The notes under the pieces were generated by a model. The model ran no database searches and was not told where the DNA came from. It worked only from the letters and a program-made list of their open reading frames with translations. A stretch of 64,000 bases of DNA. Origin: Rhodanobacteraceae bacterium. Its GTDB lineage: Bacteria > Pseudomonadota > Gammaproteobacteria > Xanthomonadales > Rhodanobacteraceae. The stretch's first letter is position 1. The number at the start of each line of letters is the position of its first letter. A program made the translations under genes and the position numbers. Location: the NCBI GenBank assembly GCA_050738155.1, contig JBOHYW010000002.1:2838-66837 (forward strand). Reading direction: 5' to 3'. Positions 28,495 to 37,697 of the stretch are shown here, in pieces.

Positions 28495-29379
28495 TCAAAA
28501 CCGCAACGTTTCGAGTACGCGGTGCAGCCGCTGGAAATAAAGCCGGGTGTAGGCAACACCAATGACGTTGCCCGGGCTGCGCATGTGCCGCGCCAGCCGC
28601 ATGGCGTAGAACTGCCGCTTGGCCAGTTGCTCGCGCACGAAGTAATCCAGCAACTCCCTGTCGAGCTTGGCGTGGGTCGACGCTTCGTAAGTCGCAAGCA
28701 ACGCGAAACGGTCGAACCCCGTCCACGGGCGCGGACCGCCACGCTTGCCCCGGATCATCAACAGCGACACCATGAAGCGGGCGAAATCTTCCTCGGGAAA
28801 ACCGCACCAGAGGTGGTGCGGGTCGAAGAAAAACCAGCCGGCCTCGTGCTTGTCGAAACGGAAGTTGCGCGCCTCGAACCCGGTGACGACGAGCATTCGC
28901 TGGCGGTCCCGCATGCGGGCCATCACCCTCGGACCGGGCGCGAGAAAGCCCTCGAGCTGGTAGTTCTTGACCGGCAAGCCATCAGCCTTGTGACAATGCA
29001 GGCGCGCCAGCAGCAGCATCGCCGCTTGCAGGCACTGCGTGGCTTGTTCGCAAGCGGGACGGCGTGTCAACAATTCATGCATGTCGGGCCCGCTCAGCAC
29101 TGGATAGACGATGCAGGCCTGCTCGATGCGCTCCGGACAGCACGCGGCAGCGTCGATGCCGTGCAGGAAACGCATGTCGCCGTACTCGCGCTGGGCGGAT
29201 GCGATACATGCCGGATCGACGAAATCGTGCATCGCATCGTCGCTGGCGCGGACGATCTTGTAGAAATGCCCGGCCGATTGCGCAACCCAGGATTCCCGCC
29301 GGCGCGTGAACTTGAGGGCGCCGATGGCGCTGGCGTCGCTTCGCCGCGGACTCGCTTCGACCGGCTGCGCGACGGTCAT
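28495..29379 (-). CDS. kinase-fold (APH/CotS-like) protein with a non-canonical catalytic loop; start MTVAQPVEAS
   Basis: LARLH..., FFFDPHHLWCGFPEEDFARF (equivalent to the IDWE..G.P..DLA segment). TGFEARN stands where HGDxxxxN is expected. ATGA overlap with the upstream gene. Confidence 0.6.
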   Translation of the reverse strand: MTVAQPVEASPRRSDASAIGALKFTRRRESWVAQSAGHFYKIVRASDDAMHDFVDPACIASAQREYGDMRFLHGIDAAACCPERIEQACIVYPVLSGPDMHELLTRRPACEQATQCLQAAMLLLARLHCHKADGLPVKNYQLEGFLAPGPRVMARMRDRQRMLVVTGFEARNFRFDKHEAGWFFFDPHHLWCGFPEEDFARFMVSLLMIRGKRGGPRPWTGFDRFALLATYEASTHAKLDRELLDYFVREQLAKRQFYAMRLARHMRSPGNVIGVAYTRLYFQRLHRVLETLRF

Positions 29380-30215
29380 GACAGATCCGTCACCAACGAC
29401 TTGATATCGCTGCCACCACCCACCTCGTTTTCGACGACGAAGCGGCCGTCCACGAGGCGGAAGATATTCGACTGCTCGATGCGCCGGTTCTCGATGATGG
29501 CCAGCCTGCCGGATTCCTTCAATGCGCCGCGCAGGTTCCTCATCGCTTCGCACAAGCGCGTGTCGGGAAAGTAGCTACGGTTGAGGATGTTTGCGGCGAT
29601 CACGAGATCGGCTTTTTCGAACGGCCAAGCGTCGAAGATGCTGTACCGCTCGAGGCGTATGTCGTTGCCGAGCCTCGGCAACAGCGCGCGATTCATCAGG
29701 GCGACCTTGCGCACGTGCTTGCATCTGGATGCATCGAAACCACCAAACAGCCGCGCCACCATGCCGGACTGCAGCGACGACGCCTCGCCGGTGTCGTTGT
29801 AGACGACAAAGAAGCGGTTGGCGAACATGAAGGGGACGAGGTCGGCGTCGCAAAAGAACACGCCCTTCCTGGTGTGGCAAGCATAGGCGTATATGTGCCG
29901 GTCGGTGACGTAATAACGGGAAAACCGCATCGCATTGATGACACTCAGCGAAGCGCTTCCATCGGATGCGCCGACATCGACCACCACCGGCCGCGACGCA
30001 AAAGTCGTCCCGGCGAGCAGTTGCGTGGTCATGGGATAACGATCGTCACTGGTGGTCTTGAACACGCCCCCGATCTTGATCCGGGCGATGATGTCGGTTG
30101 CCTTGCGGGCGTCGATTTCCGGGCTGAGCAAAGCGCGCGGATCGGGGCAGCCCCGCTCGAGGTTCGGGCGCACCTTTTGCACGAAAGTTCGATTCAATCT
30201 AATGGGTCTTTCCAC
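29376..30215 (-). CDS. class I SAM-methyltransferase-like protein
   Basis: VVDVGASDGSAS (motif I-like), ADLVIAANILN and LKESGRLAII. Confidence 0.6.
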   Translation of the reverse strand: MERPIRLNRTFVQKVRPNLERGCPDPRALLSPEIDARKATDIIARIKIGGVFKTTSDDRYPMTTQLLAGTTFASRPVVVDVGASDGSASLSVINAMRFSRYYVTDRHIYAYACHTRKGVFFCDADLVPFMFANRFFVVYNDTGEASSLQSGMVARLFGGFDASRCKHVRKVALMNRALLPRLGNDIRLERYSIFDAWPFEKADLVIAANILNRSYFPDTRLCEAMRNLRGALKESGRLAIIENRRIEQSNIFRLVDGRFVVENEVGGGSDIKSLVTDLS

Positions 30216-31338
30216 GGCTCGTCACCAGCTCTTGATAGAGATCGGAGAAGCGATGGCCTATGGCCTCGCGCGCAAACAGTTCGGTGATGCGTTGGCGGGC
30301 ACGCATGCCGAGCGACCGACGCGCAGCGACAGCGAGGGCCGCGAGTTGCTCCCAGCCATCGGCCAGGGCGGCAGCATCGCGCGGTGGCACCACGACCCCT
30401 GCATCGCCGACGATCGTGGCGGCGTCGCCGACGTTGGTGGAAACGCATGGGACACCACATGCCATGGCTTCGGCAACCGCGTTGGGAAATGCCTCGCCGC
30501 GCGAGGACAGCGTGGCGATGTCCAGCGCCGAGTACACGGCGGGAATGTCGTCACGTCGTCCGCACAGGCGAATGTGCGGACGCAAACCCATGCGCTCAAT
30601 CGAACCCGACAATTGCGGGTTGTCATCGTCGGCGCCTTCGCCCGCCAGCAGGAACACCGCATCCGGATGATCCGCATGGAAATACGCCGCGGCCTGCAGG
30701 AAATTGTCATGGTCCTTGGTCGGGTGCGCCCGCGCGACCATGCCGACGGTCAGTGCGCCATCGGGAATTTCGAACTCGCGGCGCATGCGGCTGCGCGCGT
30801 CCGGGTCCGGCCTGAACCGATGCATGTCGTAGCCGTTCGGGATCACCACGGTGCGGCCGGGCGCGAAACCTGCCCGCTGGTGTTGCGCCGCCGCCACCGC
30901 CGAAACATAGCGAATCCGGTCCGGCGCCCGCGACAACAGCGCGTTCACGCGTATCACGGCCCTGGTCTTGCGCTTCTCGCTCGCGAGGTCACTCAACGAA
31001 TGGTGCACACCCCAAATCAAGGGGATGCGGGTCCCGACCAACGCCAACGATGACATCAGGTTCGCGTGGTACATCCACGCGTGCACCACGTCCGGGCGCC
31101 CAATCTGTGCATCCATGATCCGTCGCAACCGCAGCAGGTCGCGCGGCCCCGCCTTGCCCGCATGCATCCCGACATGATGGAGTTCGGCCAAGCCCGCCAC
31201 GCGCGCGCTCAATGGTCCCTTTCCACCCAGCACCACCACCATGCTGTCGGGTTGTCCGAGCGTCTCGAGCAACCCGCACAGGGCCAGTTCGGCGCCGCCC
31301 ACATTGAGCCCGGTAATGACATGACAGATCCTCATCAT
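30199..31338 (-). CDS. GT4-family glycosyltransferase
   Basis: MMRICHVITGLNVGGAE...EAFPNAVAEAMACGVP. Confidence 0.85.
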   Translation of the reverse strand: MMRICHVITGLNVGGAELALCGLLETLGQPDSMVVVLGGKGPLSARVAGLAELHHVGMHAGKAGPRDLLRLRRIMDAQIGRPDVVHAWMYHANLMSSLALVGTRIPLIWGVHHSLSDLASEKRKTRAVIRVNALLSRAPDRIRYVSAVAAAQHQRAGFAPGRTVVIPNGYDMHRFRPDPDARSRMRREFEIPDGALTVGMVARAHPTKDHDNFLQAAAYFHADHPDAVFLLAGEGADDDNPQLSGSIERMGLRPHIRLCGRRDDIPAVYSALDIATLSSRGEAFPNAVAEAMACGVPCVSTNVGDAATIVGDAGVVVPPRDAAALADGWEQLAALAVAARRSLGMRARQRITELFAREAIGHRFSDLYQELVTSRGKTH

Positions 31339-32612
31339 TTGGTACCACCCGCCGGTGCGATCCAGTCGCGATAGCCGGGGCGCGCCGCACCCGCATCGTC
31401 ATCGTCATCGAACGATGCAACAGCGCGTCCGCCGACCGTCTGATACAGCTTCAATGACCTGATCGCCATTGCATGCTGTTTGATGCGGAACCGTTTTCGC
31501 AACAAGGCCAATACGCCGTAATACTGGAAAATCACTACCAGTCCGTCTATCTGGACCCGGTGTCTCGGCCCCTGCAACAGCGTGAACGATCCGTACAACA
31601 GGATCATCGCGAGAAAGTAGATAACCATGAAACGCGCCGCAATGGTTGCTTTTTTCCAGACCACCCAGATTCCATAAACCATCAGCGGCAACAGCAACCA
31701 ATAGACGAGCTGTGGAATATCCAGGAATCCGTAACCGGTGTCCGTGTGGAAAGGTATTGGCGTCAGCGTGAACCGAAGCACACCTACCAGCGGATTGTCC
31801 ATTTTCGAGCGCAATGTATGCACTGCACCAAGCAGGCTGCCGTGCCCGAGCACGTGCACCGCCGCCGCCAGTCCGCAGATTGCGAACAGCCACAACCACG
31901 GACTGCGCCTGCCGCGCGGAGACAGACCCAACGTGACCATGAACGCCATGCCGAGCATCAGCGGCACGTACAACCGCGTGACTGCCAGCACGCATGCCCC
32001 TGCTGCTGCGACCAGGATGGCGCGCCAGACCCTGCGTTCGGACATCAGAGCCACCGCGTAAACCACCGCGGCGGTCGCGGTGGCGACCAGCGTGTCCTTG
32101 AGGTTGGGTATTGTCGACCAGGCCAGGATGTCCGGGCTCAGTGCAAGAAAGACGAACAGGCCGACGCTGGTGCGGTCACTCATGCCGAGGCCGATGCGTG
32201 CTGCCTTCATCAGCAACCCGGCGGCCAGGAACGTCAATACCACGTTCAGCGCGACCGGCGCGTAGTAGCCGATGCCGAAAATCTCCATGGCCGTTGCGTT
32301 GTAGACGTAATAGGCAACGTTCCAGCCGGTCACGGTATGCACCACCTGGTCATAATGACTCACGAAATTCAATATGCCTATGTTGTCGTGCGCCAGCCTT
32401 CTTCCTATATTGAAATAATTCCAGTCATCAAAGAACGTATAGGTGCCGTTGAACAAGACGCCGAAATACAGCATGAACAAACCGGCCTTGATGATGGCGA
32501 TTGCATAGCTCAACAGCGCGCGTCTGGTATACGCATACGAAACGAACAAACCAACCCCGGCGATGAAAGCCGTCGGCCATACCAACTGATAGATTGGAAA
32601 TGCATGCAGCAT
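31335..32612 (-). CDS. polytopic membrane protein; Wzy (polymerase) candidate by elimination; start MLHAFPIYQLVW
   Basis: About 10-12 hydrophobic segments. Visibly lower GC than its neighbours. It is the only unassigned polytopic protein in a Wzx/Wzc/Wza locus. The track ORF to 32924 overlaps the upstream GT gene. Confidence 0.5.
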   Translation of the reverse strand: MLHAFPIYQLVWPTAFIAGVGLFVSYAYTRRALLSYAIAIIKAGLFMLYFGVLFNGTYTFFDDWNYFNIGRRLAHDNIGILNFVSHYDQVVHTVTGWNVAYYVYNATAMEIFGIGYYAPVALNVVLTFLAAGLLMKAARIGLGMSDRTSVGLFVFLALSPDILAWSTIPNLKDTLVATATAAVVYAVALMSERRVWRAILVAAAGACVLAVTRLYVPLMLGMAFMVTLGLSPRGRRSPWLWLFAICGLAAAVHVLGHGSLLGAVHTLRSKMDNPLVGVLRFTLTPIPFHTDTGYGFLDIPQLVYWLLLPLMVYGIWVVWKKATIAARFMVIYFLAMILLYGSFTLLQGPRHRVQIDGLVVIFQYYGVLALLRKRFRIKQHAMAIRSLKLYQTVGGRAVASFDDDDDAGAARPGYRDWIAPAGGTK

Positions 32613-32617
32613 GGCGG

Positions 32618-33823
32618 TCAGGTTCGCTTGTACCGTCCACACAATTCGTGGAATACCTGTTCCGAATTGTGCAGCAGCGAATCCATCGAAAAGGTTTCCA
32701 CGATGCGCTGCCTTGCCATGGTCCCCAACCCGGCTGGCGCAGCCGTACCGTCCAGCGATGCCCCGAGGCATTCGATGGCGCTGGCCAGTGCGGCCGGATT
32801 GCGCGCTTCGACCACCGCGCCACACTCGCCCACGATGCGGGCGGAGTCGCCGACATTGGTCACTGCGCACGGTCGCTCGCAGGCCATTGCCTCGGCGATG
32901 ACGTTGGGAAAACCCTCGCCCCATGAACTGGAAACGGCGACGTCAAGCGCGCTGTAAACCGCGGCCATGTCGTTGCGCGCGCCAGCCCAGACCAGACGGT
33001 CACCCAATCCCAGCCGTTGCGCTTGCGCCTTGATCGACTGCACGTAACCTGGCTCGCCGCCGCCGACACAGACGAACCGCCAGCGCGCATCGCGCGCCGC
33101 CAGCAACGCCGCGGCCTGCAGAAACGTGGCGTGGTCCTTGATGGGATCGATCCGTCCGACCAGACCCGCCAACATGCAGGTATCGGCGACGTCCCAGTCC
33201 AGCCGCATGCGTTGCCGCCCCGCCGCATCGAACCGAAACCGTTGCGTGTCGATGCCGTTGGCGACGACCTTGATGCGCGTTCCCGGATAACCGAGCGACG
33301 CGTGGTAGCTCGCGCCGGCTTCGGAGTTGGCGATGATGCTGTCGGCGAAACGCGCGACCTTGCGGGTCATGTTGAAGGTCAGTCGCGACAACCAGTCGCG
33401 ATCCCCGCGGTCGATCAGGGTGGAACGCACGCCCCACACCACCCGTGTGCGCGGATGCGCCGCGCGTGCCAGCAGCGCCAGCAGATTGGCGACCGGCATG
33501 TAACCGTGCACGATCACGGCATTGGTGTTGCGGAAAGTGCGCAACAACCGCCACAGGAAACGGGCCACGTCCCAGCGGCCGCTCTTGCGCAGGTCGATCA
33601 GCGGCACACCGGCATTTTCCAGATCGGCCTGGAAGATGCCGCCGCCATAAAAACAAACCACCGTGACGGGCCACCCGCGTCGGTGCAGCCCGGCCGCCAG
33701 CGCCACCAATTGCCGTTCCGCACCACCCTGCCTGAGCGATCTCGCCAGGAACAACACGCGCGGCAGGCTGCGGCTTGCATCCACCCGCATCTCGTCGTCC
33801 TGCATTTCGCAGACGGCGCTCAT
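32618..33823 (-). CDS. GT4-family glycosyltransferase; start MSAVCEMQ with ATGA overlap
   Basis: RVLFLARSLRQGGAERQLV...EGFPNVIAEAMACERP. Confidence 0.85.
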   Translation of the reverse strand: MSAVCEMQDDEMRVDASRSLPRVLFLARSLRQGGAERQLVALAAGLHRRGWPVTVVCFYGGGIFQADLENAGVPLIDLRKSGRWDVARFLWRLLRTFRNTNAVIVHGYMPVANLLALLARAAHPRTRVVWGVRSTLIDRGDRDWLSRLTFNMTRKVARFADSIIANSEAGASYHASLGYPGTRIKVVANGIDTQRFRFDAAGRQRMRLDWDVADTCMLAGLVGRIDPIKDHATFLQAAALLAARDARWRFVCVGGGEPGYVQSIKAQAQRLGLGDRLVWAGARNDMAAVYSALDVAVSSSWGEGFPNVIAEAMACERPCAVTNVGDSARIVGECGAVVEARNPAALASAIECLGASLDGTAAPAGLGTMARQRIVETFSMDSLLHNSEQVFHELCGRYKRT

Positions 33824-34971
33824 CGTTGCAATGCCCGTTGCATTTGCGGCGCCGGTCGCAGGCTGGACGCCACCAGTTCGTCCCACTGGTCGAGGATCGC
33901 CGACAGCGAGTAATGGATGCGCACCTCACGCGCGCGAATCCCGAGGCGTTCGCGCAGGTCCGCGTCGCGCATCAGGACATCGAGCGCCTCCGCGAGCGCC
34001 GGCACGTCGCCCGCCGGAACCAGCCAGCCATTGCGGCCGTGTTCGATCAACTCGCGCGGGCCGGTGTCGCAATCGAAACTCACGCAAGCCCGGCTCTCCG
34101 ACATGGCTTCCAGCAGTGCATTGGGAATTCCCTCGAAGCGCGACGACAACACGAACAGATCCGCACGTCGCATTGCGTCGCGCACATGCGGATCGAATCC
34201 CGGCATGCTGACCCGCGACGCGAGCCCGGCGGCATCGATCATCCGCGCGAGGTCCTCGCGCAATTTGCCTTCGCCCAGAATAACCAGGTCCCAGTCGGCG
34301 TGGATTCCGGCAATACGCGCGAACGCGCGAATCAGCAAGTCGAAGCCCTTTTGGTGCGCAAGCCGTCCCACCGCCAGCAGCGTGCGACGGTCGCCACGGC
34401 GCCCGGGTTGCAGCGGGTGCACCCCGCGCGCACCGACCAGGCCATCCGCCGGTTCGGACAGTATCGGGTTCGGTATCACCGCAACCTTGTGCGCCAACGT
34501 GGCCAGCGGACCCGCACAACGCTGCGTCTGCACCACCACGGCCGCCGCGCGCGGATACAACAGCCGGTACATCACGCGCCATACGCCGTGCACGCCATGC
34601 CCGACCGGGAACGTGCGTTCCGAGACAATGATCGGCATGCGTGTCCCAAATAGCGAGGCCAGCACCAGAACGTTGTTCTTGGCGATGAAGCTGATCACGA
34701 CATCCGGTTGCAACGTCGTGATCGCGCGGCGCAGGGCGAACAGACGCGTGACGTTGTGCCCGATTCCGGCCAGGACATTCGTCGACAGACCCGCAACGCC
34801 CAAGGCGATCCGACGCACGCCCGGATCGAGCACATACCTGTCACGGTCGCTCGAAGAAAGCGTGACCAGCGTGACCTCGTGGCCGCGCTCGGCCCAGGCG
34901 TTGGCGAGCGCCGCCATGACGCGTTCGGCGCCGCCACCGCCCAGGGATGAAATGGCCAAAGCAATCCTCAT
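33820..34971 (-). CDS. GT4-family glycosyltransferase; start MRIALAISSLGGGGAERV
   Basis: EGIPNALLEAMSESRA motif. ATGA overlap with the wzx stop. Confidence 0.85.
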   Translation of the reverse strand: MRIALAISSLGGGGAERVMAALANAWAERGHEVTLVTLSSSDRDRYVLDPGVRRIALGVAGLSTNVLAGIGHNVTRLFALRRAITTLQPDVVISFIAKNNVLVLASLFGTRMPIIVSERTFPVGHGVHGVWRVMYRLLYPRAAAVVVQTQRCAGPLATLAHKVAVIPNPILSEPADGLVGARGVHPLQPGRRGDRRTLLAVGRLAHQKGFDLLIRAFARIAGIHADWDLVILGEGKLREDLARMIDAAGLASRVSMPGFDPHVRDAMRRADLFVLSSRFEGIPNALLEAMSESRACVSFDCDTGPRELIEHGRNGWLVPAGDVPALAEALDVLMRDADLRERLGIRAREVRIHYSLSAILDQWDELVASSLRPAPQMQRALQR

Positions 34972-36353
34972 GTCTTGCCACCCTTGCTTGCGGTTGAACA
35001 CCTGCCGAACACCGACGGTTCCACCCCCAGTCGCGTGGCGACGAACCACCACGCCAAGCCTCGCCAGACCAGCACCGACAGCACCGCGCCGATCGCCGCG
35101 CCGGTGGCACCCAGTCGCGGAACCAGCACGGCTGCGGCAGCGCAGTTCACGGCAATGCCGATCAACACGAACAACGATGCCTGCATCTGGTATCTGGTCA
35201 TCGACAACATGAAGCCGACCTCGCCGAAACAGGTGCTGATGCAATAGCCAAGCAGCAAGATCAGCAACGGCACGTAGGCGACTTCGAAACCCTGTCCGAA
35301 CAAACCCAGCACCCAATGACCGGCCGCCGCGCAGAACAAGGCGACCGCCAGCGCGCCCGCCAACCCGAGGCGCGCGGCGTAGACCGACACGGTCTGCAGC
35401 CCTTGCATGTCGCCCGCGTCATAGCGCTCGGCGATCATCGGCGCCAGCACCACGTTGACGGCGCGCATCGCGAACAGCGCGAAGCCGGCCATCTTCACGG
35501 CCGCGTAGTATGGCCCCACGTCGCCGGTACCCATGATCGCGCCGAGGATCATCACGTCCAGGCGATTGCCGGTGACGATGATGATCGACAGCAACGACAG
35601 TTGCGAACCCACCACGGCCCAACGCTTGAACTCGTAGCTCGGCCGCACCGCCCGGCCCTGCACCGGCCACGCACGCGTCATGTGCGAGGCGGAAGCCACC
35701 AGCGAAAGCAGCGCGGCCACCGCCACGCACGCGGCCGCCACCGGTGCGTCGAAACGCGCCACGGTGAGCATGGCCAGCCCGAGCAATCCCATCAGTACGA
35801 TCGGGCGCATCACGGTCGAATAGATGCCGGTCGTGACCGGCCGCTTGAAAGAACGATGCATGGCGCCGCTCTGCTGGAGCTGCGTCAGGATCGGCAGCAT
35901 CGCGAACCCGATGTAAAAGGTCGCACGCCAACTCGCGCTGTGCCCGGCGCCCACGAAATACACGACCAGGCAACCGACCAGCGCGACAACCACGCTGGTC
36001 ACGAACACGAACAACCCCAGCCCGACCCGCAAGCCCAGCACCTTGCTCCAGTCCCGTTCCTGGATGTACGTCGGCAGGAATCGGATGATGCTGATGTCCT
36101 GGCCCGCCTGCGCGACCATTGCCAGCACGCTGACCCAACTGAACATCAACGCGTAGATGCCGTATTCGGCGCGGCCGATCAGTCTCGCCATGACCAGGTT
36201 TGCGACCAGGCCAAGTCCGGTGCCGGCGACCGAGACGATGAACGCCCCGGACGCCCCGCGCCGCAGCAGGCGCATGCGGCCGGCATGGCCCAACGCGGGC
36301 CGCGGGCTGGCGGGCACGTCTGATGAATCCCCGGTGGCTTCGCGCGAAACCAT
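34968..36353 (-). CDS. wzx: oligosaccharide-unit flippase (MOP/Wzx family); alternative start at 36275
   Basis: About 12-14 TM segments with the layout typical of polysaccharide biosynthesis protein flippases. Positioned between the GT genes and wzc. Confidence 0.75.
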   Translation of the reverse strand: MVSREATGDSSDVPASPRPALGHAGRMRLLRRGASGAFIVSVAGTGLGLVANLVMARLIGRAEYGIYALMFSWVSVLAMVAQAGQDISIIRFLPTYIQERDWSKVLGLRVGLGLFVFVTSVVVALVGCLVVYFVGAGHSASWRATFYIGFAMLPILTQLQQSGAMHRSFKRPVTTGIYSTVMRPIVLMGLLGLAMLTVARFDAPVAAACVAVAALLSLVASASHMTRAWPVQGRAVRPSYEFKRWAVVGSQLSLLSIIIVTGNRLDVMILGAIMGTGDVGPYYAAVKMAGFALFAMRAVNVVLAPMIAERYDAGDMQGLQTVSVYAARLGLAGALAVALFCAAAGHWVLGLFGQGFEVAYVPLLILLLGYCISTCFGEVGFMLSMTRYQMQASLFVLIGIAVNCAAAAVLVPRLGATGAAIGAVLSVLVWRGLAWWFVATRLGVEPSVFGRCSTASKGGKT

Positions 36354-36412
36354 TCAGGCACCCGCCCGCATCGACTTCCACGCAATGGCCCTCGGCAAAT
36401 CCATGCAATACG

Positions 36413-37681
36413 TCATCCTTGCGCCATCCCCACCAACCTGGCGAAGCGCGGATGCGTGAGCAGGACGTCCAGCATCGCGGCATCATTCCGCTCGCTTTCC
36501 CATTGCAACGGCGTGCCGTCGACGGATGGTGGCTGGCGGCTGGCGCCACGCAGCGCTTGCACGCACTGGTATGCGACCAGTCGGCTGTACGCATCCGCTT
36601 CGCCGCGGCCGAGTTCGCCTACCAGCGTTCGCATGATCGTCTCGGCGTGCCGCAAGGGCCGTGCCACCGCCAAACGTGTCTGGACATCGAGATAGCGGAT
36701 CAGATCGAAATCGGCCGGATAATCGCCGCCGGCATATTCCCAATCGAAAACGAAAAGCTTGTCGCGATACATGAAGGTGTTCACTGGCGTGAAATCACCG
36801 TGCGCCAATCCGCGTGAAGCGAGCAATTCCGGTCGTGCTGCCAGCATCCACAGCGCGCGCCCGAGACGGACCCGCCATTCGGAAGACAGGCATCCATCGA
36901 GCGCCCGCGCCTGTGCATCCCAACCACGCAACAACACGTCCCCGCTTCTCGCCCACACCGCCTCGGTTCGCACCGCCAGTTCATCCAGGAAACGCAAATG
37001 GGCCGTCCGCAGATGCGATGGCGAACCTTTGCGCGGCGCATCGATGGTATCCATCACCAGCACCGCCGCGCCGTCGCGAATTTCGTTGAGCAATACGCGC
37101 GGGATTATCGCCGACTGCAAGCCGGTGCGGCGCAGCTCCTGCATGATGGATGCTTCGCGCACGAGCAATGCGTGCACGGCCGGAACGCAAGCCACCTTGG
37201 CATAGCCCTTGACGCGGCCTGCGCCGTCCATGAACTGCACGACCAGCTTGCGATGTGGACCTGCGGTGCCACTGAAGAATGCGTCGTGCATGGGTTCCGA
37301 ATCAAACACGCCGGCAAGCCGGTTGGCGCCGGAGACGTGCACGCCTTGCCAACCCCACAGCCCCGCCAGTCCGAGCCGGGCCATGGCGACGGCGCAGTGT
37401 TTGAGTGCACGCGGCATCGGACGCATCGGCTGCACGAATGCCATGGAACTTGCGCAAACTGCGCGCGGCTGCGACGGCAACATGAACCAGCGCATGCCTG
37501 ATCGGCCGGACAACCAACGGTATGGCCGCGAACCCGCATGCGATATTTCCGATACGCGCAGCCCAAGCGCCTGCATTTCACGCAGCGCAGGCCGCAACCG
37601 GGAATTCAAAGCGGCGGTGCGAGCCTCCGCCGCCGGCACAAGCTGCGGCGATGGTCCGTGGTCAACCGCTCCGACTGCCAT
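36413..37681 (-). CDS. aminoglycoside-phosphotransferase-fold kinase; start MAVGAVDHG
   Basis: Canonical HGDFTPVN catalytic loop and VFDWEYAGGDYPADFDLIRY metal-binding segment. Confidence 0.7.
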   Translation of the reverse strand: MAVGAVDHGPSPQLVPAAEARTAALNSRLRPALREMQALGLRVSEISHAGSRPYRWLSGRSGMRWFMLPSQPRAVCASSMAFVQPMRPMPRALKHCAVAMARLGLAGLWGWQGVHVSGANRLAGVFDSEPMHDAFFSGTAGPHRKLVVQFMDGAGRVKGYAKVACVPAVHALLVREASIMQELRRTGLQSAIIPRVLLNEIRDGAAVLVMDTIDAPRKGSPSHLRTAHLRFLDELAVRTEAVWARSGDVLLRGWDAQARALDGCLSSEWRVRLGRALWMLAARPELLASRGLAHGDFTPVNTFMYRDKLFVFDWEYAGGDYPADFDLIRYLDVQTRLAVARPLRHAETIMRTLVGELGRGEADAYSRLVAYQCVQALRGASRQPPSVDGTPLQWESERNDAAMLDVLLTHPRFARLVGMAQG

Positions 37682-37697
37682 CTGGAGGCGGTCCCGA

